Both the position numbers and the translations under genes were made by a program. A DNA stretch of 64,000 bases from an uncultured Solirubrobacteraceae bacterium (GTDB lineage Bacteria; Actinomycetota; Thermoleophilia; Solirubrobacterales; Solirubrobacteraceae): contig CAWEJY010000010.1 in assembly GCA_963809525.1 (NCBI GenBank), positions 90,180 through 154,179 on the forward strand, written 5' to 3'. The notes under the pieces are model-generated. The model saw only the letters and a list, made by a program, of their open reading frames with translations, had not been told where the DNA came from and did not search any database. Below, one piece after another: positions 54,251-63,767 of this stretch; the first letter of the stretch is position 1, and every line of letters starts with the position of its first letter.

Positions 54251-55233
54251 AACTGCTCGTCTGCGGCGGTGCCGGGTTCATCGGCTCCAACTTCGTCCGC
54301 CAGCGCACCGGCGAGCACGGCGACGAGGTCGTCGTGCTCGACAAGCTGACCTACGCAGGCCGGCGCGAGAACCTCGCCGACGTCCCGCACACCTTCGTGC
54401 ACGGCGGGATCGAGGACGCGGCCGTCGTCGCGCAGGCGATGGAGGGCGTCGATGCCGTCGTGAACTTCGCCGCCGAGACGCACGTCGACCGCTCGATCGC
54501 CGAGCCCGACGCCTTCGTCACGACGCACGCCCTCGGGACGTTCGTGCTGCTGGAGGCCGCGCGCGAGCGCGGGGTGCGCTACCTGCAGGTCTCCACCGAC
54601 GAGGTCTACGGCTCGATCGCCGAGGGCTCCTTCACCGAGGAGAGCCCGCTCGAGCCCTCCTCCCCGTACAGCGCGACGAAGACGGGGGCGGACCTGCTCG
54701 TCCAGTCGTACACGCGCACGTTCGGGATGGAGACCGTGATCTGCCGCGGGTCGAACAACTACGGCCCGTACCAGTACCCCGAGAAGCTCATCCCGCTGAT
54801 GGTGCTCAATGCGCTGCACGGCGACCCGCTGCCGGTCTACGGCGACGGGATGCAGGTCCGCAACTGGCTCTACGTGACGGACTTCTGCGCGGGGATCGGC
54901 CATGTGCTGGCCCATGGCGCGGCCGGCGAGGTCTACAACGTCGGCGGGCCCGACGAGTGCCCCAACATCGAGGTCGTGCGGCGGATCATCGCGCTGACCG
55001 GCGCCGACGAGGGGCTGCTGACATACGTCGAGGACCGTCCCGGCCACGACCGGCGCTACTCGCTGGGGTCCGAGAAGGTCCGCGCCCTCGGCTGGCAGGC
55101 GCAGGTCCGCTTCGAGGAGGGCCTGGAGCGCACCGTCGCCTGGTACCGCGACAACGCGGACTGGTGGGAGCCGATCCGCTCCGGGGTCTACCGCGAGTAC
55201 TACGAGCGGCAGTACGGAAGCTCGCTCAGCTGA
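54247..55233 (+). CDS. rmlB: dTDP-glucose 4,6-dehydratase
   Basis: ATG 54247 overlaps the upstream stop (ATGA). Motifs GGAGFIGSNF, STDEVYG, YSATK. Confidence 0.9.
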   Translation: MKLLVCGGAGFIGSNFVRQRTGEHGDEVVVLDKLTYAGRRENLADVPHTFVHGGIEDAAVVAQAMEGVDAVVNFAAETHVDRSIAEPDAFVTTHALGTFVLLEAARERGVRYLQVSTDEVYGSIAEGSFTEESPLEPSSPYSATKTGADLLVQSYTRTFGMETVICRGSNNYGPYQYPEKLIPLMVLNALHGDPLPVYGDGMQVRNWLYVTDFCAGIGHVLAHGAAGEVYNVGGPDECPNIEVVRRIIALTGADEGLLTYVEDRPGHDRRYSLGSEKVRALGWQAQVRFEEGLERTVAWYRDNADWWEPIRSGVYREYYERQYGSSLS

Positions 55234-55663
55234 AGCTCGAGATCCGCCACGCCGTCCCCTGCTTCGCGAACTGCAGGGTGACCGAGCGGCTCTTGTTCTT
55301 GTCCGTCTTCTCCTTCACGACCGCGGTGGCCTTCGCCGGGTCGGTCGGGTCGATCGTGACGGTCTTGACCGTCAGGTCGGACTGATCGCTGTCCTTGATC
55401 GCATGGTTGACGGCGACCGCGCAGCCCTTGGCGCCGGCCTTGGCGGCGATCTGCTGCTGGAGCTGCGTCGTGATCAGGCTGCCGCAGATCTTCGTCTCGT
55501 TCGACTTCTCGGTCGCCGTCTGGAGATCCTCGACCGTCTGGGCGATGAGCTTCTGCTGCCCGGTGAACTTGCCGGTCGTGTTCTCGTTCTTCGTGGCGCC
55601 GCCGCAGCCGGCGACGGCGAGGGCCACGGCAGCGGCGGGGACGATGGCGAAGCGCAGGTGCAT
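55226..55663 (-). CDS. Small lipoprotein of unknown function
   Basis: Start set at ATG 55663. Lipobox LAVAGCGG. Lys/Thr/Gln-rich mature part with lower GC3 than neighbours. Confidence 0.6.
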   Translation of the reverse strand: MHLRFAIVPAAAVALAVAGCGGATKNENTTGKFTGQQKLIAQTVEDLQTATEKSNETKICGSLITTQLQQQIAAKAGAKGCAVAVNHAIKDSDQSDLTVKTVTIDPTDPAKATAVVKEKTDKNKSRSVTLQFAKQGTAWRISSFS

Positions 55664-55710
55664 GGGGCGCGGAGCGTAGCGCCGGACGCCTGTGCGTAGC
55701 ATCGGCACTC

Positions 55711-56439
55711 GTGACGCCTGCCGCTGCGCCAGCCGGTCTCGCGGCCCTCGAGGCCCGCGTCGTGGCATGCAGGCGCTGCCCGCGCCTCGTCGCGTGGCGC
55801 GAGGAGGTCGCGCGTGAGCGCCGTGCGGCGTTCGCGGACGAGACCTACTGGGGCCGGCCGGTTCCCGGTTTCGGCGACCCGGCCGCCGCGGTCGTGCTGC
55901 TGGGCCTGGCCCCCGCCGCCCACGGCGCCAACCGGACCGGCCGGGTGTTCACGGGGGATCGCTCGGGCGACTTCCTGTTCGCCGCGCTCTGGCGCACCGG
56001 CTTCGCCGATCGGCCGGCGTCGATCGGCCGGGGCGACGGGCTGCGGCTGCGCGATGCATGGGTGACCGCCGCCGTGCGCTGCGCACCGCCCGGGAACCGC
56101 CCGACGCCGGCCGAGCGCGACGCCTGCCTGCCGTGGAGCGTCGCGGAGCTTGCGCTGCTGGGGCGCGTGCGGGTGATCCTCTGCCTCGGGGCCTTCGCGT
56201 GGGACGCCGCGCTGCGCCTGCGCGCCGCCGCCGGGCTCGCGCCGCTGCGGCCCCGGCCCGCCTTCGGCCACGGCGCGCTCGCGATCCCGGAGGCGGGGCC
56301 CGCGCTGCTGGGCTGCTACCACCCCAGCCAGCAGAACACGTTCACCGGGCGGCTGACCCCCGCGATGCTCGATGCCGTGCTCCTCAGCGCCCGGGAGCTC
56401 GCGGGGCTCGAGCCGCCGCACGGCGGACGCGACGCGTGA
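55711..56439 (+). CDS. Uracil-DNA glycosylase, family 5 (UdgB-like)
   Basis: GTG start. Fe-S Cys context CRRCPRL. Motif [19 protein letters not shown], characteristic of family 5, and HPSQQN. Confidence 0.8.
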   Translation: MTPAAAPAGLAALEARVVACRRCPRLVAWREEVARERRAAFADETYWGRPVPGFGDPAAAVVLLGLAPAAHGANRTGRVFTGDRSGDFLFAALWRTGFADRPASIGRGDGLRLRDAWVTAAVRCAPPGNRPTPAERDACLPWSVAELALLGRVRVILCLGAFAWDAALRLRAAAGLAPLRPRPAFGHGALAIPEAGPALLGCYHPSQQNTFTGRLTPAMLDAVLLSARELAGLEPPHGGRDA

Positions 56440-57260
56440 GCGACGCGAGCGCCGCGCACCGCGAGGTGGTGCGCCTCACCGACCTGATCGGCGAGCGCGT
56501 GACAGATGGCGCGGGCGCCCCCGCCGGGCGCGTCGTCGACGTGGTCGCGGCGGTCCACGGCGAACATCCGCTCGTCAGCGCGCTGATGGTCCGCCCGCAC
56601 CGCCGCGCGCCCGCCGTGCGGACCGACCGCACGCTCTTCGACGGCCTCGGCCTCGGAGCGCTGCGGCTCGCGGGCCCGCTGCCGGGGGGCGAGGAGGAGC
56701 GCCACGACGAGGTGCTGCTGCGCCGCGACGTGCTCGACGTGCAGATCGTCGACGCCGCGCACCGGCGCATGGCGCGCGTCGGCGACGTCGACCTCGCCCG
56801 CACCGGCGAGGGCCTGCGCGTGGTCGCCGTCGACGTGGGCTGGCGGGCGATCCTGCGGCGGCTGGGGCTGCGGCGCCTGGCGCGCCGCGCGAGCCGCGAC
56901 GCGATCGACTGGGAGACCCTGCACGTCGCGAGCGGCCGGGCGCACGCGCTCCAGCTGCGCTCCTCCTCGGCCGCGGTCCACCGCCTCGACGCCGACGAGC
57001 TCGCGACGCTCGTCGCGCGGCTGCCGGCCGCCAGCGCCGGCGATGTCCTGCACAGCGTCGAGCCCGGCCGCGCCGCGGCGGCGCTCACGGCGCTGCACCC
57101 GGCGCTGAGCGCCGACCTGCTCGCAGCCCTCCCGCCAGAGCACGCCCAGCGGCTCGCGGGCGCCATGGGCCGGCGGCCGGCGGCCGAACCGGCCGCCGGT
57201 GAGCGGCCGCCGCGGCGCTACTGGAACGTGCTCCGTGGTCACGGGGGCGGGCGGCGATGA
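56436..57260 (+). CDS. PRC-barrel-like + MgtE N-terminal domain protein
   Basis: GTG 56436 overlaps the upstream stop (GTGA). C-terminal helical repeat [37 protein letters not shown] resembles MgtE_N. Confidence 0.55.
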   Translation: MSDASAAHREVVRLTDLIGERVTDGAGAPAGRVVDVVAAVHGEHPLVSALMVRPHRRAPAVRTDRTLFDGLGLGALRLAGPLPGGEEERHDEVLLRRDVLDVQIVDAAHRRMARVGDVDLARTGEGLRVVAVDVGWRAILRRLGLRRLARRASRDAIDWETLHVASGRAHALQLRSSSAAVHRLDADELATLVARLPAASAGDVLHSVEPGRAAAALTALHPALSADLLAALPPEHAQRLAGAMGRRPAAEPAAGERPPRRYWNVLRGHGGGRR

Positions 57261-58480
57261 GCCGCCGCGCAGGCCTCGCCGCGCTGCTGGCCGTGCTCGG
57301 CCCGGGACTGCTGGCCGGGCTCTCCGACGACGATCCGCCCGGGATCACGACGTACTCGATCCTCGGCGCGAGCCACGGCTACGCGCTGCTGTGGGTCCTG
57401 GCCGCGTCGACCGTCGCCCTGATCATCTTCCACGAGCTCGGCGCCCGCATGGGCATCGTCACCGGCCAGGGCCTGATCGGGCTGATCCGCGAGCGCTACG
57501 GCGTGCGCTGGACGGCACTCGCGCTGCTGGCGCTCGTCGGCGCGAACTTCGGCACGCTCTGCGGCCAGTTCGCGGGCATCGCCGCCGCGCTCGGCCTGGC
57601 GGGCGTCCCGCGCGGCATCGGGGTGCCGCTCGCCGCGCTCGCGGTGTCCGTGCTCGTGCTGCGCGGCTCGTTCAACCGCGTCGAGCACGTGCTGCTGCTG
57701 CTGAGCTCGGTATTCGTGGCGTACGTGATCGCGGCGTTCCTGGCCCATCCGGACTGGGCGGCGACGGCGCGCGGGCTCGTCGTCCCGACCCCGCCGCGCT
57801 CGCGCGACGCCGCGCTGGCGGTCGTCGCGACGATCGGGACGACGCTCGCGCCCTGGGGCCTGGCATTCATCCAGTCCTACGTGGTCGACAAGCGCCTGCG
57901 CCCGCGTGACCTGCGCTTCGAGCGCGTCGACGTCATTCTCGGCGCGGTGCTGACGGGCGTGATCGGCCTGTTCGTCGCCGTTGCCTGCGCCGCGACGCTG
58001 CACGTGAGTCACGTCACGATCCACGACGCGCGCGACGCGGCGCGGGCGCTCGAGCCGCTGGCGGGCTCGGCGGCGGCGACGCTGTTCGGCGTCGGCCTGC
58101 TCGGCGCCGGGCTGCTGGCCGCCTCGGTGCTGCCGCTGTCGACGGCCTACTCGGTGACCGACGCCGCCGGCAGCGAGGCCCAGCTCGACGACAGGGTGCG
58201 CGACGCGCCGCTGTTCTACGGCGCGTTCACCGTGCTCGTGGTCGTGGCAGTCGCGGTCGTGTGCATCCCGGGCGCGCCGCTGATCCCGATCCTCTTCCTC
58301 AGCCAGGCGCTCAACGCGGTGCTGCTGATCCCGCTGATCATCTTCATGCGGACCCTGGCGCGCGACCGGCGGGTGATGGGTCGCTTCGTGCTCGGACGCG
58401 CCGGCTCGCTCGCCACGCTCGTCACGATCATCCTGATCGCCGCGAGCGTCCTCCTGACGCTCGTTCTCACCATCGTCTGA
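57257..58480 (+). CDS. NRAMP family divalent metal cation transporter
   Basis: ATG 57257 overlaps the upstream stop (ATGA). The N-terminal GPGLLAGLSDDDPPGITTYS motif is typical of NRAMP/MntH-like proteins. 11-12 TM segments. Confidence 0.85.
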   Translation: MSRRAGLAALLAVLGPGLLAGLSDDDPPGITTYSILGASHGYALLWVLAASTVALIIFHELGARMGIVTGQGLIGLIRERYGVRWTALALLALVGANFGTLCGQFAGIAAALGLAGVPRGIGVPLAALAVSVLVLRGSFNRVEHVLLLLSSVFVAYVIAAFLAHPDWAATARGLVVPTPPRSRDAALAVVATIGTTLAPWGLAFIQSYVVDKRLRPRDLRFERVDVILGAVLTGVIGLFVAVACAATLHVSHVTIHDARDAARALEPLAGSAAATLFGVGLLGAGLLAASVLPLSTAYSVTDAAGSEAQLDDRVRDAPLFYGAFTVLVVVAVAVVCIPGAPLIPILFLSQALNAVLLIPLIIFMRTLARDRRVMGRFVLGRAGSLATLVTIILIAASVLLTLVLTIV

Positions 58481-58505
58481 GCGGCGAGTACGCTCGACGG
58501 ACGGC

Positions 58506-61500
58506 ATGCCGCTGTCCGCCTTCACGCCAACCGTCCGCGACTGGTTCACGCGGGCGTTCGCCGAGCCCACGCCCGCCCAGCGGCAGGCCTGGCCGGCGAT
58601 CGCCGGCGGCGAGCACGTCCTGATCAGCGCGCCGACCGGTTCGGGCAAGACGCTCGCGGCATTCCTCTGGGGGATCGACCGGCTCGTCGCCGCGCCGCTC
58701 GCCGCCGGCGAGGAGCGCCGCACGCGGATCGTCTACGTCTCACCGCTGAAGGCGCTGGCCTACGACGTCGAGCGCAACCTCGTCACGCCGATCCGCGGCG
58801 TCGGCGCCGACGTCAGCGTCGGCGTGCGCACGGGCGACACGCCGCAGCGCGAGCGCGCGGCGATGCGCCGCCACCCGCCCGACATCCTGATCACGACGCC
58901 CGAATCGCTCTACCTGATGCTCACGAGCGGGGCGAAGGAGATCCTCACCGGCGTCGAGGCGGTGATCGTCGACGAGATCCACGCCGTCGCGGCGACCAAG
59001 CGCGGCGCGCACCTGGCGCTGACGCTCGAGCGCCTGGCGGCAAACCAGGAGGACGGCGCCGACCCGCAGCGCATCGGCCTGTCCGCGACGCAGAACCCGC
59101 TCGAGGAGGTCGGGCGCTTCCTTGTGGGGCCGCGGCGCACGTGCCGGATCGTCGACACCGGGGTGCGCAAGCCGCTGGACCTCAGGATCCACGTGCCGGT
59201 CGAGTCGATGGTGGAGCCGGGGGTGACCTCTGGGGGTGCCGGAGGCCGCGAAGCGGCCGAAGGCGGGGCCCACGGCGGTCTCCCCCAGGAGCTGCCGGAC
59301 CTCGAGCACCTCGCCGGCGGCGAGGCGACGCGCCGCTCGATCTGGCCGGCGATCTACCCCGAGATCCTGCGGCTGGTCCGCGAGCACACCTCGACGATCG
59401 TCTTCGTCAACGCGCGCCGCGGCGCCGAGCGCCTCGCGCTGCGCCTCAACGAGCTGGCCAACGCGGATCTCCCCGACGACGCGCCGGCCGTCGAGATCGC
59501 GCGCGCCCACCACGGCTCGCTCGCGCGCGAGGAGCGCACGGTGATCGAGGAGCTGCTCAAGCGCGGCGAGCTGCCGTGCCTCGTGGCCACGAGCAGCCTC
59601 GAGCTCGGCATCGACATGGGCGCCGTCGACCTCGTCCTGCAGGTCGAGTCGCCCAAGTCCGTGGCGCGCGGCCTGCAGCGGATCGGCCGCGCCGGGCACG
59701 GCGTCGGCGACACGAGCAAGGGCCGCATCTTCCCGAAGTTCCGCGCCGACCTGCTCGAGTGCGCGGTCGTCGCGAAGCTCATGCGCGAGGGCGCGATCGA
59801 GCCGACGGTGATCCCGCGCAACGCCCTCGACGTGCTGGCCCAGCAGATCGTCGCGATCGCCGCCGCGGCCGGCGAGGACGAGACGGTGCGCGTCGACGAC
59901 CTGTTCGCGCTCGTCACGCGCACGCACTCCTATGCCGAGCTCGGGCGCGAGCTGCTGGAGAACGTGCTCGACATGCTCGACGGCCGCTACCCGTCGGAGG
60001 AGTTCGGCGAGCTGCGCGCCCGGATCGTCTGGGACCGCGTCGGCGGGACGATCCGCGCGCGCAAGGGCGCCGGGCGCCTGGCGATCACGAACGCCGGGAC
60101 GATCCCCGACCGCGGGCTCTATGCGGTCGTGCTGCCCGATGGGCGCCGTGTCGGCGAGCTCGACGAGGAGATGGTCTACGAGGCGCGCCCGGGGCAGACC
60201 TTCCTGCTCGGCGCGTCGTCCTGGCGGATCGAGGAGATCGGCCGCGACCGCGTGATCGTCAGCCCCGCCCCGGGCGTCCCGGGCGCGGTTCCGTTCTGGC
60301 GCGGCGACGGCGTGGGGCGCCCGAAGGAGCTCGGCGAGCAGATCGGCGCGTTCGCGCGGACGGCGCTCGAGCTGCCCGCCGGCGAGCTCGAGCGCACGCA
60401 CGACCTCGACCCGCTGGCCGCGAAGAACCTGCTCGAGTTCCTGCGCGAGCAGCAGGACGCCACGCGCGTCATCCCGAGCGACCGCACGATCGTCGTGGAG
60501 CGCTTCCGCGACGAGATCGGCGACTGGCGCCTGTGCGTCCTGTCGCCGTACGGCGGGCGCGTGCACGCCGCCTGGGGCCTGGCGCTCAGCGCGCGCCTGC
60601 GCGACGAGTTCGGCCTGGAGTCCGACGCGATCTGGTCCGACGAGGGGATCATCGTCCACCTGCCCGACGCGGATGAGCCTCCCGGAGCAGACCTCGTCCT
60701 GCTCGACGCCGAGACGATCGAGGACCAGATCGTCGCCGAGCTCGGTGCGAGCGCGCTGTTCGGCGCCCGCTTCCGCGAGAACGCGGCGCGCGCGCTGCTG
60801 ATCCCCCGCGCCTACCCGGGCCGCCGCACGCCGCTCTGGCAGCAGCGCCTGAAGGCGCAGTCGCTGCTCGAGGTCGCCAAGCGCTACGCGGACTTCCCGA
60901 TCATCCTCGAGACCTACCGCGAGTGCCTGCGCGACGTGCTCGACGTGCCCGGCCTGCAGGAGCTGCTGACGAAGCTCCACCGCCGGGACCTCTCGCTCGT
61001 CGAGGTCGAGACGGCCTCGCCCTCGCCGTTCGCGAGCGCGCTGCTGTTCGACTACATCGCGACATACATGTACGAGGGCGACACGCCGAACGCGGAGCGC
61101 CGCGCGGCCGCCCTGTCGCTGGACCGCGACCTGCTGCGCGAGCTGCTCGGCCAGGACGAGCTGCGCGACCTGATCGACGCGGACGCGCTGGCCGAGGTCG
61201 AGGCCGATCTCCAGCACCGGTCGGACCGCACGCGCGCAGGGTCCGACGACGCGCTCGGCGACGTGCTGCGCCGCGTCGGCGATCTGACGGCCGCAGAGGC
61301 GCAGGAGCGCGTGCTCCCGGGGCTGGAGGCGGCGACGATGCTGGCGGCGCTCCAGCGCGAGCGCCGCGCGATCGTGCTGCGCATCGGCGGCGAGGAGCGC
61401 TGGGTCGCCGCCGACGACGCGGGGCTCTACCGCGACGCCGTCGGCGCGGTGCCGCCCGGCGGCCTGCCGCAGGAGTTCCTGGCCGAGATCGAGCAGCCGC

Positions 61501-63017
61501 TCGAGCGCGTCCTCGCCCGCTTCGCGCGCACGCGGGGCCCGTTCACGACCGCCGAGGCACGCGAGCGCTACGCGGTCGACCCGTCCAGCGCACTGGCGGC
61601 GCTGGAGCGCGAGGGCATCGTGGTGCGCGGCGAGCTGCGCCCCGGCGGCTCGGAGCGCGAATGGTGCGACGTCCACGTGCTGCGGCGCCTGCGGCGCGCG
61701 TCGCTTGCCGTCCTGCGCCACGAGATCGAGGCCGCCGACCGCACGGCGCTGGCCGCGTTCCTGCCCGCCTGGCAGGGCGTCGACCGCCATCCGGCGGCGG
61801 GGGCGGGGATCGACCGGCTGCGCGAGGCGCTCGTCCCGCTGCAGGGGCTCGCGCTGCCCGCCGAGGTCTGGGAGCGCGACGTCCTGCCGCGGCGGGTCGG
61901 CGCCTACTCGCCGACCTGGATGGATCAGCTCTGCGCCTCCGGCGAGGTCGTCTGGCTCGGTGCCGGCGCGCTCGGGCGCAACTCCGGGCGCGTCGCGCTC
62001 TACTTCCGCGACGACGTCGCGCTGCTCGGGCGGCCCGGCGTTCGCGGCGCCGCGTCCGACCCGCCGAGCGGCCCGTTGCACGAGGCGATCCGCGAGCGTC
62101 TGCGAGCGGCGCCGTGCTTCTTCACCGACCTGCTCGCCGAGCTGCCGCTCGCGCCCGACGAGCTCCAGGAGGGGCTCTGGGACCTCGTCTGGGCGGGCGA
62201 GGCGACGAACGATGCCTTCGCGCCGTTGCGCGCCCCGCGCCTGACGCTCGCCCGCGCGCGGCGTGCCGACGCCCGCGATGCGCGCAGGCCCGGCGCGGCG
62301 CGGCGCTTCGGCGCCCAGCGCCGCGGCGCGCAGCCGACGGTCGCGGGCCGCTGGTCGCTGACGGGGCCGCTGCTCGATCCGGTGCCCACCGCCGGGCAGC
62401 AGCAGCGCGTCCTGGCCGAGCTGCTGCTGGAGCGCTACGGCATCCTCACACGCGAGCAGGTGCTCGCCGAGGGCGTCAGCGGGGGCTTCTCCGCGCTCTA
62501 CGGCGCGCTCAGCGACCTGGAGACGCTCGGCGTCTGCCGCCGCGGTTACTTCGTCGAGGGCCTGGGCGGCGCGCAGTTCGCTCTGCCCGGCGCGGTCGAG
62601 CGCCTGCGCATGCGGCGCGAAGGGGCCGAGGAGGAGGCGATGGTGCTCGCGGCGACCGACCCGGCGCAGCCCTACGGCGCCGTCCTGAAGTGGCCCGAGC
62701 GCCGCGAGCAGGACGCCGGCACCGCGGCACGGCGCCCGCAGCGCGTCGCGGGCGCCTACGTCGTCCTCGTCGGTGCCGAGCCGATCGTCTACGTCGAGCG
62801 CGGCGGGCGCGGGATCGCGACGCTCGTGGCCACGGGCGATCCGCGCCTGCGGCCGGCCCTCGAGGCGCTGACCGCGTTCGTCGAGGGCGGGCGCGCGAAG
62901 CTCAAGCTCGGGCTCGAGCGCGTCGACGGCGAGCCGGTCGTCGGCTCCCCGTGGGAGCCGCTGCTCGTCGAGCTCGGCTTCCGCCAGGGCCCGCGCCGGC
63001 TGACTCTCAGCGCGTGA
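58506..63017 (+). CDS. lhr: Large ATP-dependent helicase Lhr (SF2 core + long C-terminal domain)
   Basis: 1503 aa. Walker A ISAPTGSGKT, DEIH box, SAT motif LSATQ, QRIGRAGH. Length and order fit full-length Lhr. Confidence 0.9.
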   Translation: MPLSAFTPTVRDWFTRAFAEPTPAQRQAWPAIAGGEHVLISAPTGSGKTLAAFLWGIDRLVAAPLAAGEERRTRIVYVSPLKALAYDVERNLVTPIRGVGADVSVGVRTGDTPQRERAAMRRHPPDILITTPESLYLMLTSGAKEILTGVEAVIVDEIHAVAATKRGAHLALTLERLAANQEDGADPQRIGLSATQNPLEEVGRFLVGPRRTCRIVDTGVRKPLDLRIHVPVESMVEPGVTSGGAGGREAAEGGAHGGLPQELPDLEHLAGGEATRRSIWPAIYPEILRLVREHTSTIVFVNARRGAERLALRLNELANADLPDDAPAVEIARAHHGSLAREERTVIEELLKRGELPCLVATSSLELGIDMGAVDLVLQVESPKSVARGLQRIGRAGHGVGDTSKGRIFPKFRADLLECAVVAKLMREGAIEPTVIPRNALDVLAQQIVAIAAAAGEDETVRVDDLFALVTRTHSYAELGRELLENVLDMLDGRYPSEEFGELRARIVWDRVGGTIRARKGAGRLAITNAGTIPDRGLYAVVLPDGRRVGELDEEMVYEARPGQTFLLGASSWRIEEIGRDRVIVSPAPGVPGAVPFWRGDGVGRPKELGEQIGAFARTALELPAGELERTHDLDPLAAKNLLEFLREQQDATRVIPSDRTIVVERFRDEIGDWRLCVLSPYGGRVHAAWGLALSARLRDEFGLESDAIWSDEGIIVHLPDADEPPGADLVLLDAETIEDQIVAELGASALFGARFRENAARALLIPRAYPGRRTPLWQQRLKAQSLLEVAKRYADFPIILETYRECLRDVLDVPGLQELLTKLHRRDLSLVEVETASPSPFASALLFDYIATYMYEGDTPNAERRAAALSLDRDLLRELLGQDELRDLIDADALAEVEADLQHRSDRTRAGSDDALGDVLRRVGDLTAAEAQERVLPGLEAATMLAALQRERRAIVLRIGGEERWVAADDAGLYRDAVGAVPPGGLPQEFLAEIEQPLERVLARFARTRGPFTTAEARERYAVDPSSALAALEREGIVVRGELRPGGSEREWCDVHVLRRLRRASLAVLRHEIEAADRTALAAFLPAWQGVDRHPAAGAGIDRLREALVPLQGLALPAEVWERDVLPRRVGAYSPTWMDQLCASGEVVWLGAGALGRNSGRVALYFRDDVALLGRPGVRGAASDPPSGPLHEAIRERLRAAPCFFTDLLAELPLAPDELQEGLWDLVWAGEATNDAFAPLRAPRLTLARARRADARDARRPGAARRFGAQRRGAQPTVAGRWSLTGPLLDPVPTAGQQQRVLAELLLERYGILTREQVLAEGVSGGFSALYGALSDLETLGVCRRGYFVEGLGGAQFALPGAVERLRMRREGAEEEAMVLAATDPAQPYGAVLKWPERREQDAGTAARRPQRVAGAYVVLVGAEPIVYVERGGRGIATLVATGDPRLRPALEALTAFVEGGRAKLKLGLERVDGEPVVGSPWEPLLVELGFRQGPRRLTLSA

Positions 63018-63420
63018 GCGCGCCCGGTGCGCGGACGCGCATCCCGAGTGCGGTCGCGGCGCCGGCCATGCGCCGGTCGTAGGTGATCAGCTCGGCGAGG
63101 TCCTCGCCGAGCGCAGCGGCGGCGGCGAGGTGCAGCGCGTCGATCGTGCGCAGCGGCCCGCGGGCGAGCACCGCCGCCCGATCGATCAGCACGTCGTCCA
63201 GCCGGATCAGCTCGATCGCCTTCAGCGCCACGTGCCCGCGCCTCACTGCCGCTGGGCCGTGGTCGCTGACCGCGCGCTCCACTTCGATGCGCGCCAGCGC
63301 GCAGGAGGCGCGGGGACCACCGCCGTCCAAGTGATCCCGCAGCACCTGCGACTCGGGCTCGTCGATCACGAGCCTGACGATCGCCGACGAGTCCAGATAC
63401 ACGCTCGCGTCAGCGCTCAT
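63007..63420 (-). CDS. vapC: PIN-domain toxin (VapC family)
   Basis: Start set at ATG 63420 (MSADASVYLDSSAIV). Acidic PIN residues lie in YLDSS, ...E..., IDALHLAAA and ITYD. Overlaps the antitoxin stop by 11 nt. Confidence 0.8.
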   Translation of the reverse strand: MSADASVYLDSSAIVRLVIDEPESQVLRDHLDGGGPRASCALARIEVERAVSDHGPAAVRRGHVALKAIELIRLDDVLIDRAAVLARGPLRTIDALHLAAAAALGEDLAELITYDRRMAGAATALGMRVRAPGALTR

Positions 63421-63685
63421 CCATCCGGTCCTCGGCAATCAACTCGCTCGGCGGCCGGGCTCCCGGACGCAGAGGGAGCGGGGGCCCGAGATCCTCCAGG
63501 CGCCCGCGGGCGGGCGTCACCCGGCCCTCGGCGCGCATCCGCGCCAGCGGGCCGTCGGCGGGGATCGGCGTCAGGCGCGCGACGGGTCGGCCGCGGTCGG
63601 TGATCTCCACGACCTCGCCCGCCTCGACCTCGCGCAGCACCCGGCTCGCGTTCTGGCGCAGCTCCCGGATCCCGATCGAGCGCAT
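63410..63685 (-). CDS. vapB: Phd/YefM-type antitoxin (VapB role)
   Basis: Start set at ATG 63685 (MRSIGIRELRQNASRVLREVEAGEVVEITDRGRPVARL), a typical Phd/YefM N-terminus. Confidence 0.8.
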   Translation of the reverse strand: MRSIGIRELRQNASRVLREVEAGEVVEITDRGRPVARLTPIPADGPLARMRAEGRVTPARGRLEDLGPPLPLRPGARPPSELIAEDRMDER

Positions 63686-63686
63686 G

Positions 63687-63702
63687 GTGCTACTTGTAGC
63701 AC
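63687..63702 (-). promoter_or_regulatory. Perfect palindrome GTGCTAC-TT-GTAGCAC immediately upstream of the antitoxin start; candidate autoregulatory operator
   Basis: gtgctacttgtagcac begins 2 nt upstream of the vapB ATG. It is the only AT-containing patch in this intergenic region. Confidence 0.5.
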
Positions 63703-63767
63703 AGCGTGTCGCCACTGCCGAGCTCTTCCGTGCCATTTGGGAGACGTAGTGTGCCGCCGCCTGGCGC

